Source: Patescibacteria group bacterium (GTDB taxonomy: Bacteria; Patescibacteriota; Microgenomatia; UBA1400; PJMF01). Taken from it: 64,000 bases of DNA. Shown here piece after piece: positions 47,084-58,370 of this stretch. The stretch's first letter is position 1. Each line of letters starts with the position of its first letter. The notes below the pieces were generated by a model. The model searched no databases and was not told the DNA's origin. It was given only the letters and a program-made list of their open reading frames with translations. Location: the NCBI GenBank assembly GCA_039934415.1, contig JBDTME010000001.1, positions 442,461-506,460 of the forward strand. The letters run 5' to 3'. The translations under genes were made by a program, and so were the position numbers.

Positions 47084-48701
47084 CTGTCGTATTGGCTAAT
47101 ATCCAATCCCACACCTGAGCTTTGCGCAATAAAGCTGGTTCTGGAAAGATCAAAAAGTATTTAGTTCTCGTCTGATTGAGTTGGTCAATCACCTGCTGCT
47201 CCGTCCAATCAGAACGCTCATTCATCAGAATGATATACCGTGTGGGGTTCGTAAGATGAAAATATTCATTAAGAATTACATTCTTTGGAAAGATGAACAG
47301 ATATTTTTCCTCTGCTGGAATGTCGGCTCGAATCTGTTGCAAAACTTGCTCATCGCTCCCAGTCCCCATTAACATTCCTCCCACTTCCGTCCCTTCTGAA
47401 GTAACGAATGAGTATTGAAAACCTTTTGTGGTTGGAAGTGTTTGGCGAACAAACAATAATTTTAAATAGCTGACACTATGAAAAACAATCAGCGCAGTAA
47501 TCGTACCGGCGATAAGTACTGAAAATACAGAACGAGTATATCGACGAATAATTAGGAAAATAATGGGAACTGAGATAAGAAAGAAGGCTGGTGATTTCAA
47601 TTGCAGAACAACATGACCGTAAGTGTAAAAACCAATCGCAATAAATACACATGTCTTTATCGAAATGCGTTCACGTCTGAGAATCCCAATCCCAACTCTC
47701 ACAACTGTATACAATAGTAATACAGGAAACCAAGTCAAACCGTACCAAAGATGTGGCTCATCCGAACGGCCGAGCGCAGTGACATAACTTACCACAACAA
47801 ACACAGCGAAAATTTGTAGCCCCAATCGTTGAACTAAATGAGGCATTTTTTTGCTCTCCACCATGATTCCCGCTGCTGCAGTCATCACAAAGAGCAGTGT
47901 AGCTAACCAAACGAACCGCAATTCATTGAACGGTATTGGTAAACTCATGAACTTCGGTTGAATGATGAGTCCCAGAATAAGAGTGTCATATAAGAAGTTG
48001 TACAACGATCCGTTGATCATGATCGCAATAATAGTCGGAACCCAAACCAACCCAAACCCACTCAAAAATGGAAGTTTTTGTGGTGTTTCTTTGAAGAAGA
48101 TAAGTGGTATCAGTAAAAAGAACAGAGCATCAAGTAATAAAATACCACTATCCAAACGGAATAGAAAAATGAGACCAAGTAACACTCCCAAACTCAATAG
48201 CCTCACTTTCGTTAATTTTTTGGCTGTGAGAACAATGATGAAAAACAGTGCACTCAAGACATGGACTTCTTGTGCCGATCTGAAAAAATCCAAGTAGATG
48301 AGTATTGCTGCAATGGATAAAACATACGAAATTAAAGAAGAGTATTTCTTTATTCGAAATTGAGAAAAAATAAGTTCAAAAAAGTAAAAACTTAGAACAA
48401 AAAGTGCAGCTGGAAAAAACACAAAAGTCGCAGATATATGTGATGTAAACGAGAGAGCAACAGAAGGTGTAAAAATCTTGAAAAGTAACGCCTGAAGAAA
48501 AAACCGTCCAGGTGGATACAGAATACTGAAACTAGAGTATAAACCTTCCCCTTTTGAAATTCTCAAAGAGACGAGATAATCAGCATCTGAGTCAGGAATA
48601 CTCGAATACCCCATCATCGGCTGACTTTTGACGAGTGCAAACGGGAAAAAGAGCCAAATGAGCACCAAAACCGTCACCAAAACAAGCAAATTTTTCTTCA
48701 T
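47028..48701 (-). CDS. large polytopic membrane protein, putative GT-C-like glycosyltransferase
   Basis: 557 aa, many TM segments. N-terminal layout resembles PMT_2/GT39 proteins. Confidence 0.45.
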   Translation of the reverse strand: MKKNLLVLVTVLVLIWLFFPFALVKSQPMMGYSSIPDSDADYLVSLRISKGEGLYSSFSILYPPGRFFLQALLFKIFTPSVALSFTSHISATFVFFPAALFVLSFYFFELIFSQFRIKKYSSLISYVLSIAAILIYLDFFRSAQEVHVLSALFFIIVLTAKKLTKVRLLSLGVLLGLIFLFRLDSGILLLDALFFLLIPLIFFKETPQKLPFLSGFGLVWVPTIIAIMINGSLYNFLYDTLILGLIIQPKFMSLPIPFNELRFVWLATLLFVMTAAAGIMVESKKMPHLVQRLGLQIFAVFVVVSYVTALGRSDEPHLWYGLTWFPVLLLYTVVRVGIGILRRERISIKTCVFIAIGFYTYGHVVLQLKSPAFFLISVPIIFLIIRRYTRSVFSVLIAGTITALIVFHSVSYLKLLFVRQTLPTTKGFQYSFVTSEGTEVGGMLMGTGSDEQVLQQIRADIPAEEKYLFIFPKNVILNEYFHLTNPTRYIILMNERSDWTEQQVIDQLNQTRTKYFLIFPEPALLRKAQVWDWILANTTVIHEYQFSGEKAELRIRE

Positions 48702-48773
48702 AGAGTACAGTAGATTGTAGCAAATATTTATTTTTTATACTTAACAAAGTGTTTACAATTTTGTTACACTTGA

Positions 48774-50030
48774 ATGATAAAGAAACAACTCAACCTTCCA
48801 CTATTTAAGAAAATAAAACCATCTCGTGCCTTGCTTCAATTGGGAGTACTTGCAGTAGTAGTGATAATTGGCATCCTCGTCTTCGGTGCCTATGCCTACT
48901 ACCAGTCAGTGATTACTAGAGAAGTTAATTCAGAGTTAGTGAAAACTCAGTTGACGCAACAACTTGACTCAGTTACTACAGATCTGGCATCTGTAACCGT
49001 CCAACTCGCCAGCAGTAGTGCTGAGGTCGCTAGTTTGAAAGCAGAAGATCAACGCGTTAAAAATGATGCACTGCAGCTCGAAATTAAAAACATTCAAGAA
49101 ACGTATCATTCAGCAGTGAGCTCATATGAGGACATTCTGAAGTTACGTGGCGACGGTGGAAAAACCCAACCACTAGAAGCAGAGTTCAGTACAGTACTGA
49201 CACAGCTTTCCAAGAAGGATTATAAAGGTGCAGTTACTACACTTCAAAAATTAACAAAAGACATCACCGCGCTCCAAACCCTTTTGTCGAATACAGCAGG
49301 TGCTATCCCTACAGATCTCAAAAACTCTAATACTGCTCCTGGATCTGGGTATAGTCGTCAGGTTGTGACGAGTGATGCCGGACAGTTTGTCGTAGATATA
49401 TTGGCTGCAGATTTAAATTCAACTCGTGTTCAAGTAGAAACAGCTTCTTCAGGCGATTGTAAAGACGGTTGTCCAGTTTCTAGTCTGTCTGACTACGTCG
49501 CGCGCAGTGGCGGCTTCGCCGGAATCAATGGACCGTATTTCTGTCCTGCAGACTACCCGAGCTGTGCTGGAAAAACCAACTCCTACGACACATTGATCAT
49601 GAATAAAGCCAAGTTCTACTTCAACTCTGATAATAATGTGTATAGTACTGTGCCAGCCATTATCTTCAGTGGCGGTTCCGCAAGATTAGTAAACAGCTCT
49701 GACGCTGGAAGAGATGGTGGAGTTGACGCTGTGATTGCCGGTCAACCAGCACTTGTTAGAGGTGGTGAGGTGGCTTTTGGTGGGGACGGTGATCCTAAAA
49801 AAGGTAGTCGCGGCTCTCGAAGCTTCATCGCCGCGAAAGGCAGTACAGTATATATTGGTGTCGTTCGAGGAGCAACCGTCGCAGAAGTGGCTAGAGTTTT
49901 GAAAACCATGGGCATGGATTCTGCTATCAATCTAGATAGCGGCGGTTCCACTGCTTTCTTAGTCAACGGCAAGTATCTGGCTGGCCCCGGCAGACAAACG
50001 CCGTTTGGGATTGTGCTTGTAAGGAAGTAG
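48774..50030 (+). CDS. membrane-anchored phosphodiester glycosidase (NAGPA/DUF2233) family protein
   Basis: N-terminal TM, a coiled-coil linker and a C-terminal domain with GINGPYF and NLDSGGSTA motifs of PF09992. Confidence 0.7.
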   Translation: MIKKQLNLPLFKKIKPSRALLQLGVLAVVVIIGILVFGAYAYYQSVITREVNSELVKTQLTQQLDSVTTDLASVTVQLASSSAEVASLKAEDQRVKNDALQLEIKNIQETYHSAVSSYEDILKLRGDGGKTQPLEAEFSTVLTQLSKKDYKGAVTTLQKLTKDITALQTLLSNTAGAIPTDLKNSNTAPGSGYSRQVVTSDAGQFVVDILAADLNSTRVQVETASSGDCKDGCPVSSLSDYVARSGGFAGINGPYFCPADYPSCAGKTNSYDTLIMNKAKFYFNSDNNVYSTVPAIIFSGGSARLVNSSDAGRDGGVDAVIAGQPALVRGGEVAFGGDGDPKKGSRGSRSFIAAKGSTVYIGVVRGATVAEVARVLKTMGMDSAINLDSGGSTAFLVNGKYLAGPGRQTPFGIVLVRK

Positions 50031-50039
50031 AATAGCCCT

Positions 50040-51161
50040 ATGGCTACTCCCAAACTACGTTGCGTACTACTTCAAGTTATCGATCCACACCAAAGTCACT
50101 TGGATCCTAATATCGCTTCCAAAAAAATGGCTGAACTTGAACTGCTAGTGGAAACACTTGGCGGTGAAGTCATTGAAAAAACCTTTCAACATCGAGTTAC
50201 TCCCCATCCCAGCACATATGTTGGGGGTGGAAAAGTGGAGTGGCTTAAACAAGTTGTTGAAGAAAAAATGATAGATGTGGTTGTGTTGGGAAATGTAGCC
50301 AAATCGAGTCAACTCTTCCGATTGGAAAAGATGCTCTGGGAAATCAATCCCAAAATCCAGGTTTGGGACCGTGTCGATTTAATATTAAAAATTTTTGATC
50401 TTCATGCCAATACAATTGAAGCTAAGCTACAAATTCAACTCGCTCGAATTCAACACATCGGACCCAGGATTTACGGACTCGGTGGAACAGTGCTATCCAA
50501 ACAAGGCGCGGGACAAGGTTCCAAAGGGTCAGGTGAGACAAACATTGAGTTTGAACGTCGAAAAATTAAAAAAGAGAAACAACACATTCAACAACAACTT
50601 GAAGCCCTCAATATTAATCAATTGCGTCAAATTTCAGAACGAAAAGAACAACAAACCAAAACCATTGCACTTGTGGGATATACCAGTGCTGGAAAAACAA
50701 CACTATTCAACACCTTAACGGGAAAAGAAAGACAAACGAATCCATCACTATTTACAACACTCGATAGTGTCTTAGGAAAAGTGAAGCTCGCTGAACATCA
50801 AACCAGCATCTTGGTCTCTGACACCATTGGCTTTATTGATGACTTACCACCTCAACTGATTGAAGCATTCAAAACGACTTTGATGATCACACTCAAAGCA
50901 CAATTACTTTTGCATGTTATCGATGCAGCAGACCCCTATTTTCAAAGTAAATTTAACGTAGTTGAAAATATTTTGACGGAACTTGGAGTCGAGACCCTTC
51001 CTGTTTTGGTCTTTAATAAAGCAGATTTGATCACAATGGAACAACGATCAAACATCGAAGCGCTTTACGCAGATCGTACCAAGATATTTATCTCGGCAAA
51101 AACCGGAATGAATATTGAAGAACTAAAAAAGTTGATGTTAGCTCTTCATACCCTCTACTAA
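50040..51161 (+). CDS. hflX: GTPase HflX
   Basis: HflX N-domain, G1 VGYTSAGKTTLFN and G3 DTIGFI. Confidence 0.85.
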   Translation: MATPKLRCVLLQVIDPHQSHLDPNIASKKMAELELLVETLGGEVIEKTFQHRVTPHPSTYVGGGKVEWLKQVVEEKMIDVVVLGNVAKSSQLFRLEKMLWEINPKIQVWDRVDLILKIFDLHANTIEAKLQIQLARIQHIGPRIYGLGGTVLSKQGAGQGSKGSGETNIEFERRKIKKEKQHIQQQLEALNINQLRQISERKEQQTKTIALVGYTSAGKTTLFNTLTGKERQTNPSLFTTLDSVLGKVKLAEHQTSILVSDTIGFIDDLPPQLIEAFKTTLMITLKAQLLLHVIDAADPYFQSKFNVVENILTELGVETLPVLVFNKADLITMEQRSNIEALYADRTKIFISAKTGMNIEELKKLMLALHTLY

Positions 51162-51608
51162 CATCATGGCTGCACCTTGTACAACGTCCAAAACGATTGA
51201 AACGATAAGTACCACTAACCAAGATGAAATGCCGAGTCCGAATACTTGAGAAACACGACTCATCAGCCAGACTGTTGCAAAATTCACCACCAGAAAAACG
51301 GCCATCATCTCCATCGGAGACAACATGTGCTTCATCTGTGCTGAAAAATCACTGATGAATGGAAAAACAAAGGTCGTAACCAATGCAATCACACCAGAAC
51401 TCAAGACCAATGCCCAAAATAAAGATAGACTCTGATTTCCTAGCACAACTTGCAAAGGACTCATATTATTAGCCCCATACAATACCACTGCACTCACGAG
51501 CATAGTGATTAGAAACATGAAAACGAGCATTATCCCTGGGCTGCTAGACTTTGCTTTTGATAATGACTTGGTGACAGTTTTTGATTTTGCCATATATTTC
51601 TCCTTCAC
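51138..51608 (-). CDS. membrane protein, paralog of 28879..29310
   Basis: Shares a roughly 50-aa C-terminal block with the 28879..29310 product. Confidence 0.5.
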   Translation of the reverse strand: MKEKYMAKSKTVTKSLSKAKSSSPGIMLVFMFLITMLVSAVVLYGANNMSPLQVVLGNQSLSLFWALVLSSGVIALVTTFVFPFISDFSAQMKHMLSPMEMMAVFLVVNFATVWLMSRVSQVFGLGISSWLVVLIVSIVLDVVQGAAMMLVEGMKS

Positions 51609-51646
51609 TATTTATAATAACCTCTTATTCGTGTAAAGTCAGTACT

Positions 51647-52996
51647 ATGAACATCAAATTTTTAGGCGCGGCTGGCACAGTTACTGGTTCGTCCTATGCA
51701 CTCACTTCGGGATCGGGACGGTCTATCTTGATAGACCTTGGCATGTTTCAAGGACCACAACAGATCGAGCAGTTGAATTATGAACCGTATGAATATGATT
51801 GTTCCAAACTTGTTGGGATGGTACTTACCCATGCGCATCTTGATCACTGTGGCCGTCTTCCCATCCTGCTTCCAAAAGGATTTAAAGGTAATATTTGGAT
51901 GACAACATCAACCAGAGACTTAACAGAACTATCTCTATTAGACACAGCCAAGATTGCAAAAGAAGATGAGAAACCAATTTTGTTTGATAAAGAACTTGCT
52001 CAACGAGCCATTGAGCAATTTAAAACAGTTGAGTACCGCACACCAGTCCAAATGGGTGATTTTACAATCACATTTCGAGATGCTGGACACATTTTAGGCT
52101 CAGCAAGTTTAGAAATTGAAGATAAATCGCCTAATTCTGAAATACGAAAGATTATTTTCAGTGGCGATCTGGGCAACACTCCCGAAGATCTACTAGAAGC
52201 AACTGAGACGATTGACACTGCTGACGCAGTAGTCATGGAGTCTACGTACGGAGATCGTCTTCATCCAAAACAAGATCCTACTGAGACTATCCAATCGGAA
52301 ATTAACGCAGTAGAAACTTCAGGTGGAACGCTACTCATCCCATCCTTTTCTTTGAATAGAACTCAGGAAATCTTGCACATCATCAGACATTTAAAAAGGG
52401 ATGGAAAGATTTCACCCCAAACTCTAGTCTTTCTGGATAGTCCAATGGCAGAAAAAGCAACACGAATCTACATGAACTATCGACCTCTATTTAACGCACA
52501 TATTCGAGAAGATTTTAAAACAGGTAGTCCATTTGAATTTCCAGGATATCAGGAATTGGCCAAACAAGCTCAGAGTCAAGCCATCGAAGAACAGAGTGGA
52601 CCAAAAGTTATTATCGCGGGGAGTGGCATGATGACCGGCGGACGTATAGTAAGACACGCAGCACACTATTTACCAATTGCGTCCACTCGCCTACTCATTG
52701 TCGGATATCAAGGCATTGGAACATTAGGAAGAGAATTACTGGATGGTAAAAAAGACGTCGGAATCGAAGGACGTTCCGTTCATGTAACTGCCACGGTTAC
52801 CGACACTCAAGCGATGAGTTCACACGCGGATCAATCCCAACTGTTAGATTGGTTAGGTCACATTCAACATGTCAAAAAAGTGTTTCTGACCCACGGTGAT
52901 AACGTACCTCGAGAGGCACTTTCTTTGAAAATCAAAGAAGCCCTGCAACTGACTGACATCACCATGCCAACAATGAATCAGGAAATCTCCTTTTAA
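51647..52996 (+). CDS. MBL-fold metallo-hydrolase with beta-CASP/RNA-specificity domain (RNase J / CPSF-like ribonuclease)
   Basis: HAHLDHCGRLP (HxHxDH motif) and MESTYGDR (beta-CASP motif). About 450 aa. Start moved to MNIKFLGAAG. Confidence 0.8.
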   Translation: MNIKFLGAAGTVTGSSYALTSGSGRSILIDLGMFQGPQQIEQLNYEPYEYDCSKLVGMVLTHAHLDHCGRLPILLPKGFKGNIWMTTSTRDLTELSLLDTAKIAKEDEKPILFDKELAQRAIEQFKTVEYRTPVQMGDFTITFRDAGHILGSASLEIEDKSPNSEIRKIIFSGDLGNTPEDLLEATETIDTADAVVMESTYGDRLHPKQDPTETIQSEINAVETSGGTLLIPSFSLNRTQEILHIIRHLKRDGKISPQTLVFLDSPMAEKATRIYMNYRPLFNAHIREDFKTGSPFEFPGYQELAKQAQSQAIEEQSGPKVIIAGSGMMTGGRIVRHAAHYLPIASTRLLIVGYQGIGTLGRELLDGKKDVGIEGRSVHVTATVTDTQAMSSHADQSQLLDWLGHIQHVKKVFLTHGDNVPREALSLKIKEALQLTDITMPTMNQEISF

Positions 52997-53133
52997 ATGA
53001 CCACTCTTCATGTCACAGGTTAGTCACCACTAGGTCTGGACTAGTGTAAAAAAAAGTCTACAATTGATTGAAATAAAAATGAGGTGCATTGCTGCGTTAC
53101 AAAGTAAAGTGGGATGGGAGGAGGTGAAAAAGC

Positions 53134-53340
53134 ATGTTCGTGATGGATTTGGTGACGGGTATCATAGGTTTTGTCTTGATCTTGGCTCCGTTCATATTTA
53201 ATTTTTATGAGAACTCAATGGCAACCTGGGTGAGTATAGTGATTGGAATGATGTTGTTTTTTAGCTCATGCAGGCAAGCAATGAAACGGTTTGAATTCAT
53301 TGAAGAAGATGAGATTGACGGTGCCGAACAACAAGAGTAA
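53134..53340 (+). CDS. hypothetical small membrane protein
   Basis: Single TM segment. Preceded by ggaggaggtg. Confidence 0.3.
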   Translation: MFVMDLVTGIIGFVLILAPFIFNFYENSMATWVSIVIGMMLFFSSCRQAMKRFEFIEEDEIDGAEQQE

Positions 53341-53392
53341 CGGTGTTTAAAAATAAAGTTTCTTCGAATCTTAAAAGTGATTTGAGTGTGGG

Positions 53393-55234
53393 TTATTTCT
53401 TCTTTTCAAAATAGATTTCAATTTTCAAAATTTGTTTCACCCACCAAGGTGTTGTATCCTCAGCAAGTGGACGTGCAATGTAGATTCGTTGCGGCACTGA
53501 GCGAGTCAGATAAGTTCGGTCATTCTGTTTTCGACTCCGCTCCACGAACCACTGATAAAATCCTGGCTGTAAGGTACTGGTGTCCCACGATCGGTCGTCA
53601 GTTTTTAAACTAATTGTTTGATCAGACTTTTCATCAAGATTCAGCACATTCTGGCGTGTATTAAAAATGACAACTCGCTCATCTTCAGCTTCATCTTGTT
53701 CTGGGACAAGATGCCATTCGATTTTAGTTGGATTGATAGAGACCATTTCTTGAAGAGGAATAATCTCACTGATTGGTTTAGCTCTGTCTGTCTTTTCAGA
53801 TAACGCTGATTTGATTTCTGAAACTGCAGGTGTATCCTTATGTTCTTTCCAATTGTAAATATCAATGAGTTGCGCTGAGTTTGTCGTGTTATCAAGCGTG
53901 TTGTGCATCGCTTTTTTCCAACTTGGCGCATCTTTGTCAGTGCTAAACTCGCTTGCTCCCCAACTTGGTTCTCCTTCGTTTTTCAATGTTGTGGCTAATA
54001 ACGGTAATGTAAGCGGGTCTTGAGCGTAACCATACAAACTTAAGGTGGGTCGTGCGTAATAATTTATCGAGGCCAAGAAGTAATTCTCGTAGCGAGGTTC
54101 ATCTGATTTTGCCTCACTCCACACATGGGTATAGATACGCTGCTTGGGTAGGCCGGCTTTGACTGCACGATAAGAAAGATTGGTCAAATATTGATTGACA
54201 ACCTGTTCTCTCAACTGATGAATTTCAGTTTGAGTGAGCTCCTTTTCTTTGCCACAAGTCGGTTGTTCTTCAGGGCAAATCAAATCTTGAATCGCTCTGT
54301 ATCCATACGGAATAAATTCGTCCTGCTTAGTCACAGAAGCATTGAGAGATACCTCTGTCCCAATCGATACTCCGGCAAAAAGATAACCTTTGTTTTCATC
54401 TAGCCACTTTTTATATTGATTTGAAATGACTGCAGTAATCGCTTCAAAACGAGCCGTTTGGAAATCGTTATAGCTAGCCTCAACTCGCGGATTATCTATT
54501 AGATTAGGCGGTGGGGCGAGCTGCACTCCTCCGCCACCCCAGTTCCGCCAATTGAGGTGCATCGGAGTATTCCAATTTTGCCATTCCACATTCCATTTAT
54601 TATTGGGGTTGTACCCTTCAATAAACTGCTTACGATACTCTGGGTCTCGCAACTTCGGAAACTTGCAGGAATAAATCGGATCGGAACCTGCATGGCCAAC
54701 GATTTTTGTGTAATTATCATTCTCACAACCAGGAGTGTGATCGCCATCGGGATCCCAATAATTCCACAGTTCGGGGACGGCATTCCACCATTGAAAACCA
54801 TTGAGTGGTAAATACACCGGTAAATCAGCTGCTTCGGCCAGCTCCATAATTCGTTTGGCTTGAATGACGTATCGAGAGCTATCAGAAGGAGTATCCATTG
54901 GAAAATCTGTATATTCTAGTAAAGTACTCCAAGCCAATTTGCGATTATCCGTTCCAACACCTAGTGTTTTTTTCATTTCTAAAATATCTTTGAGAAGATC
55001 CGGTTTTACTTTTGCTTCCCAGCTTGCTTCCTCAGCTCCCCAATCTGCAAAATAAAACGTATCAGAGAAATTAACGACAACGAATTGAGGATCTTGAGTG
55101 ATTGTGGTGGCCTGTGTATGAGCGGGACGCAAGAGGATGAATGAGGCAAGTGCAGTCGCTAAGAGGAAGGAAAGAGTACTTTTTGTACTCAAATTACTAA
55201 TGCAACAAAACTGATAAATTTGTTTAAAACTCAT
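53393..55234 (-). CDS. secreted hypothetical protein, Trp/Asn-rich, possibly carbohydrate-active
   Basis: Signal peptide MSFKQIYQFCC...SFILLRPAHTQA. Start moved to ATG at 55232-55234. W/N/Y-rich blocks (WWNAVPELWNYWDPDGDHTPGC). No family assignable. Confidence 0.5.
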   Translation of the reverse strand: MSFKQIYQFCCISNLSTKSTLSFLLATALASFILLRPAHTQATTITQDPQFVVVNFSDTFYFADWGAEEASWEAKVKPDLLKDILEMKKTLGVGTDNRKLAWSTLLEYTDFPMDTPSDSSRYVIQAKRIMELAEAADLPVYLPLNGFQWWNAVPELWNYWDPDGDHTPGCENDNYTKIVGHAGSDPIYSCKFPKLRDPEYRKQFIEGYNPNNKWNVEWQNWNTPMHLNWRNWGGGGVQLAPPPNLIDNPRVEASYNDFQTARFEAITAVISNQYKKWLDENKGYLFAGVSIGTEVSLNASVTKQDEFIPYGYRAIQDLICPEEQPTCGKEKELTQTEIHQLREQVVNQYLTNLSYRAVKAGLPKQRIYTHVWSEAKSDEPRYENYFLASINYYARPTLSLYGYAQDPLTLPLLATTLKNEGEPSWGASEFSTDKDAPSWKKAMHNTLDNTTNSAQLIDIYNWKEHKDTPAVSEIKSALSEKTDRAKPISEIIPLQEMVSINPTKIEWHLVPEQDEAEDERVVIFNTRQNVLNLDEKSDQTISLKTDDRSWDTSTLQPGFYQWFVERSRKQNDRTYLTRSVPQRIYIARPLAEDTTPWWVKQILKIEIYFEKKK

Positions 55235-55262
55235 TGACCCAAGTATATAAAATGTATGAGGA

Positions 55263-56411
55263 TTAGTCGAGATAATCTCGTAATTGCTTTCGCTCGGAAG
55301 GGTGACGAAGTTTCCGTAATGCTTTGGCTTCAATCTGTCGGATACGCTCACGAGTCACGCCAAAAAACTGACCGACTTCTTCTAACGTCATTGAACGGGC
55401 ACTATTCAAACCAAATCGCATTTCCAGCACCTTGGCTTCTCGATCAGAAAGAGCAGCAAACACTTCTTTAATATTCTCTTTGAGCATGCGTTTGCTCGTC
55501 GAGTCATATGGTGTTACCTGGTTTTCGTCAGCAATGAAATCTCCAAGGAAACTGTCTTCATTATCACCGATTGGCGTTTCCAATGAGGTCGTTTTTTGAG
55601 AGATTTTCAAAATTTCTCGAACTTTTTCTGGCTCTAGTTCTAAGACTGCACCAATTTCTTCGTATGTTGGCTCTCGGCCCAAATCTTGCATTAATTTTCG
55701 TGAAGTTCGAATCAATTTATTGATCGTCTCGACCATGTGTACCGGTATACGAATGGTACGAGCCTGATCAGCAATAGCTCGAGTGATGGCTTGGCGGATC
55801 CACCAAGTAGCATAGGTCGAAAATTTGTAGCCTTTTCGCCAATCAAATTTCTCCACAGCGCGAATCAATCCTTTATTTCCCTCTTGAATCAGGTCTAAAA
55901 AGGTCATACCCCGACCAATGTATTTTTTGGCGATGGACACAACTAAACGTAAATTTGAAGAAGTTAACAATGCTTTTGCTGGTGGTTCACCAATTTCGGT
56001 ACGCTGCGCTAAATCAATTTCTTGAGATCGAGATAATAAAGGAATCCGACCAATTTCGCGTAAATACATGCGAACAGGGTCAGAAACTGATTTATCCTCT
56101 AGGCTGGATAAAACTTCGAGCTCTTTCTCGAGAGCAGTCATCGCATCCTGATCAGTTCGAGTATCTTGTTCCGAGACACTTTCAAAAACATCGATTCCTG
56201 CTTCGAACACCTGGGAGTAGAACTCATCGAGTTGGTCAATGTGTTCTTCAGGTTGAGCAAATACAGTTAAAATTTCATCTTGAGTGACAAACCCTTGAGT
56301 CTCTCCTTTTTTGAGGAGTTTCTTCAACTCGGCTTGCTGTGAGGCGGACAATTTGGACATAGGGAAAGAGTTTTTTGTACTCAACTCGTCAAATTTGAGC
56401 GAGCTTACCAA
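55263..56411 (-). CDS. rpoD: RNA polymerase sigma factor, sigma-70 family (primary sigma)
   Basis: Region 2 [18 protein letters not shown]...[17 protein letters not shown] and region 4 [29 protein letters not shown]. Confidence 0.92.
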   Translation of the reverse strand: MVSSLKFDELSTKNSFPMSKLSASQQAELKKLLKKGETQGFVTQDEILTVFAQPEEHIDQLDEFYSQVFEAGIDVFESVSEQDTRTDQDAMTALEKELEVLSSLEDKSVSDPVRMYLREIGRIPLLSRSQEIDLAQRTEIGEPPAKALLTSSNLRLVVSIAKKYIGRGMTFLDLIQEGNKGLIRAVEKFDWRKGYKFSTYATWWIRQAITRAIADQARTIRIPVHMVETINKLIRTSRKLMQDLGREPTYEEIGAVLELEPEKVREILKISQKTTSLETPIGDNEDSFLGDFIADENQVTPYDSTSKRMLKENIKEVFAALSDREAKVLEMRFGLNSARSMTLEEVGQFFGVTRERIRQIEAKALRKLRHPSERKQLRDYLD

Positions 56412-56508
56412 TACAAATAAAGACCCACTGCGATGGGATGTACCAGAGTATACTCTAGCGAGTTAATTTTGCAAGAGTTTAAAAGAAAAACACCGAAATG
56501 TGCTTACA

Positions 56509-58302
56509 TCAACTCTTGCCGCGCAATTTAATGACCTCTCGGAGAATCGCATTCATGCGAGCATCTTCTTCAGTGCTCAACTCCGACTTCGCCTCGAGTA
56601 ACTGAAGTTCAGCGGTCAGGACTTTCATCTGCTTTTGTGAGGAGACAGCTTTCATCCGCTTCAACACATCTTGGAACTCTTTTGAGGTAGGCAGTTGTTC
56701 TAGTATATTTTCAAAATAAAGAGTTGAAAAAGCTGCTTCTGCCTCTGGTGGGAGTTGTTTGACAAACTCATTGAGTCGGAACTGAGATTGATGTTGTAAT
56801 TTTTTTAAAATTATTTGATGAGCGGGCAAGGAGAAGTCAGCCACATCTAACTTGCGGGCTTGCTCCAATACCTCGGAATCTGTTAACTGGATCAGGATAG
56901 ACAACACTGTTTGCTCGATCTGAGTGAGCTGGTCTAGCACTTGCGCTTCAACTGGCTTCTTGGATGGCGTGGTGAGTTGTTTCCCTACCTTGAGACGCAA
57001 TAAATCTTGTTGGAGGGCAGACTCCGGAACTTCCAGCCGTTTCGCCAAAATAGATACATAGTGCTGTCTTTCAACAGCATGCACGATCAAATTCAAAGAT
57101 GGACCAACTTCATTGACGATTTGTTGTTTATTCTCGCCGGAATCGATGGCGTGTTGACGAAAGGCAACATCGATCAAAAATTGATACACCGATTCAGAAT
57201 GTTTGGTAGACTCCCGCCATTTATTCGGATCTTCTCGTGCAATGTCGTCCGGATCTTTCCCACCAAACAGATAAGACGGTAACACGCGCAGTCTCACTTC
57301 ATCAAATTGCTGGATGATTTGGATAGCACGCTTTGTGGCCTGGATACCAGCTGAGTCGGCATCTAAAGATAATATAATAGTGTCAACAGTTCGACGAAGT
57401 AACTCGACATGTTCTTTAGTCAAGGCACTACCTTTGATTGCTACTACATTGTGAACGAATGCTTGGCTGGACGACAACACATCAAACTCTCCTTCCACGA
57501 CGATGACTTGTTTGGCTTCTCGAATCGAGTGATACTGTTGAGAAAATCCAAACAACATTTTGCTCTTGTGATAGAGTTCAGTTTCTGGAGTGTTGATGTA
57601 TTTTGCTTCCTTAGTCGTCTTATCTAAGACTCGACCCGAAAAACCAACTACTCTGCCACGATGATCCGTGAGGGGAAACATCAATCGGCCACGAAATCGG
57701 TCATAGTAATCATTTGGATTGGTACTGCCTGCGCGACCATTTGAACGCATGATGACCATACCGGCTTTTTCCAAATCTCGAATGTCATATTTTTTCTTAC
57801 CCACTAAATACTTGATCAAGCCATCCCAATTTGGCAACGAAAATCCTAACTGAAAAAGTTTAATGCTTTCTTGAGTCGTTTTACGATCTTTCAAATACTC
57901 GCGCCCAACTTGACCTGCTTTATGCGTAATCAATAAATAGTGATAGTACTCTTTGCTTAACTCTAATAGCTCAAGCACACGTTCTCGAGTCGTATCCTCT
58001 TGAGATTTTTGAAATTTCTCCAGTTTAATGCCCGCACGCTCTGCCAACATTTCCAGTGCTTCAGCAAAAGTCATGCCTTCGTATTTTTCTAAAAACGTGA
58101 AGACGTCGCCGCGTTCACCACAACCAAAACACCGAAAGACTTGAATATCAGGACTGACAAAAAACGAGGGGGATTTTTCTGAATGAAACGGACACAACGC
58201 TTTCATGTTGCGACCAGCGCGCGACAACGAAATCCGCTCACCAATGATCTGAGCGATATCACTTGCTTCTTTGACTTGTTGGATTTGGGTGGACATAGAC
58301 AC
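56509..58302 (-). CDS. dnaG: DNA primase
   Basis: Zinc ribbon CPFHSEKSPSFFVSPDIQVFRCFGCG and a TOPRIM region (EGEFDVLS). Immediately upstream of rpoD in the same direction, as in the MMS operon. Confidence 0.9.
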   Translation of the reverse strand: MSMSTQIQQVKEASDIAQIIGERISLSRAGRNMKALCPFHSEKSPSFFVSPDIQVFRCFGCGERGDVFTFLEKYEGMTFAEALEMLAERAGIKLEKFQKSQEDTTRERVLELLELSKEYYHYLLITHKAGQVGREYLKDRKTTQESIKLFQLGFSLPNWDGLIKYLVGKKKYDIRDLEKAGMVIMRSNGRAGSTNPNDYYDRFRGRLMFPLTDHRGRVVGFSGRVLDKTTKEAKYINTPETELYHKSKMLFGFSQQYHSIREAKQVIVVEGEFDVLSSSQAFVHNVVAIKGSALTKEHVELLRRTVDTIILSLDADSAGIQATKRAIQIIQQFDEVRLRVLPSYLFGGKDPDDIAREDPNKWRESTKHSESVYQFLIDVAFRQHAIDSGENKQQIVNEVGPSLNLIVHAVERQHYVSILAKRLEVPESALQQDLLRLKVGKQLTTPSKKPVEAQVLDQLTQIEQTVLSILIQLTDSEVLEQARKLDVADFSLPAHQIILKKLQHQSQFRLNEFVKQLPPEAEAAFSTLYFENILEQLPTSKEFQDVLKRMKAVSSQKQMKVLTAELQLLEAKSELSTEEDARMNAILREVIKLRGKS

Positions 58303-58370
58303 ACTCGAATATTACCCGTATTGTAACGAATAATCTGCTGTCTGGCGTTAGGTAAAAGATTTTAAAATCA

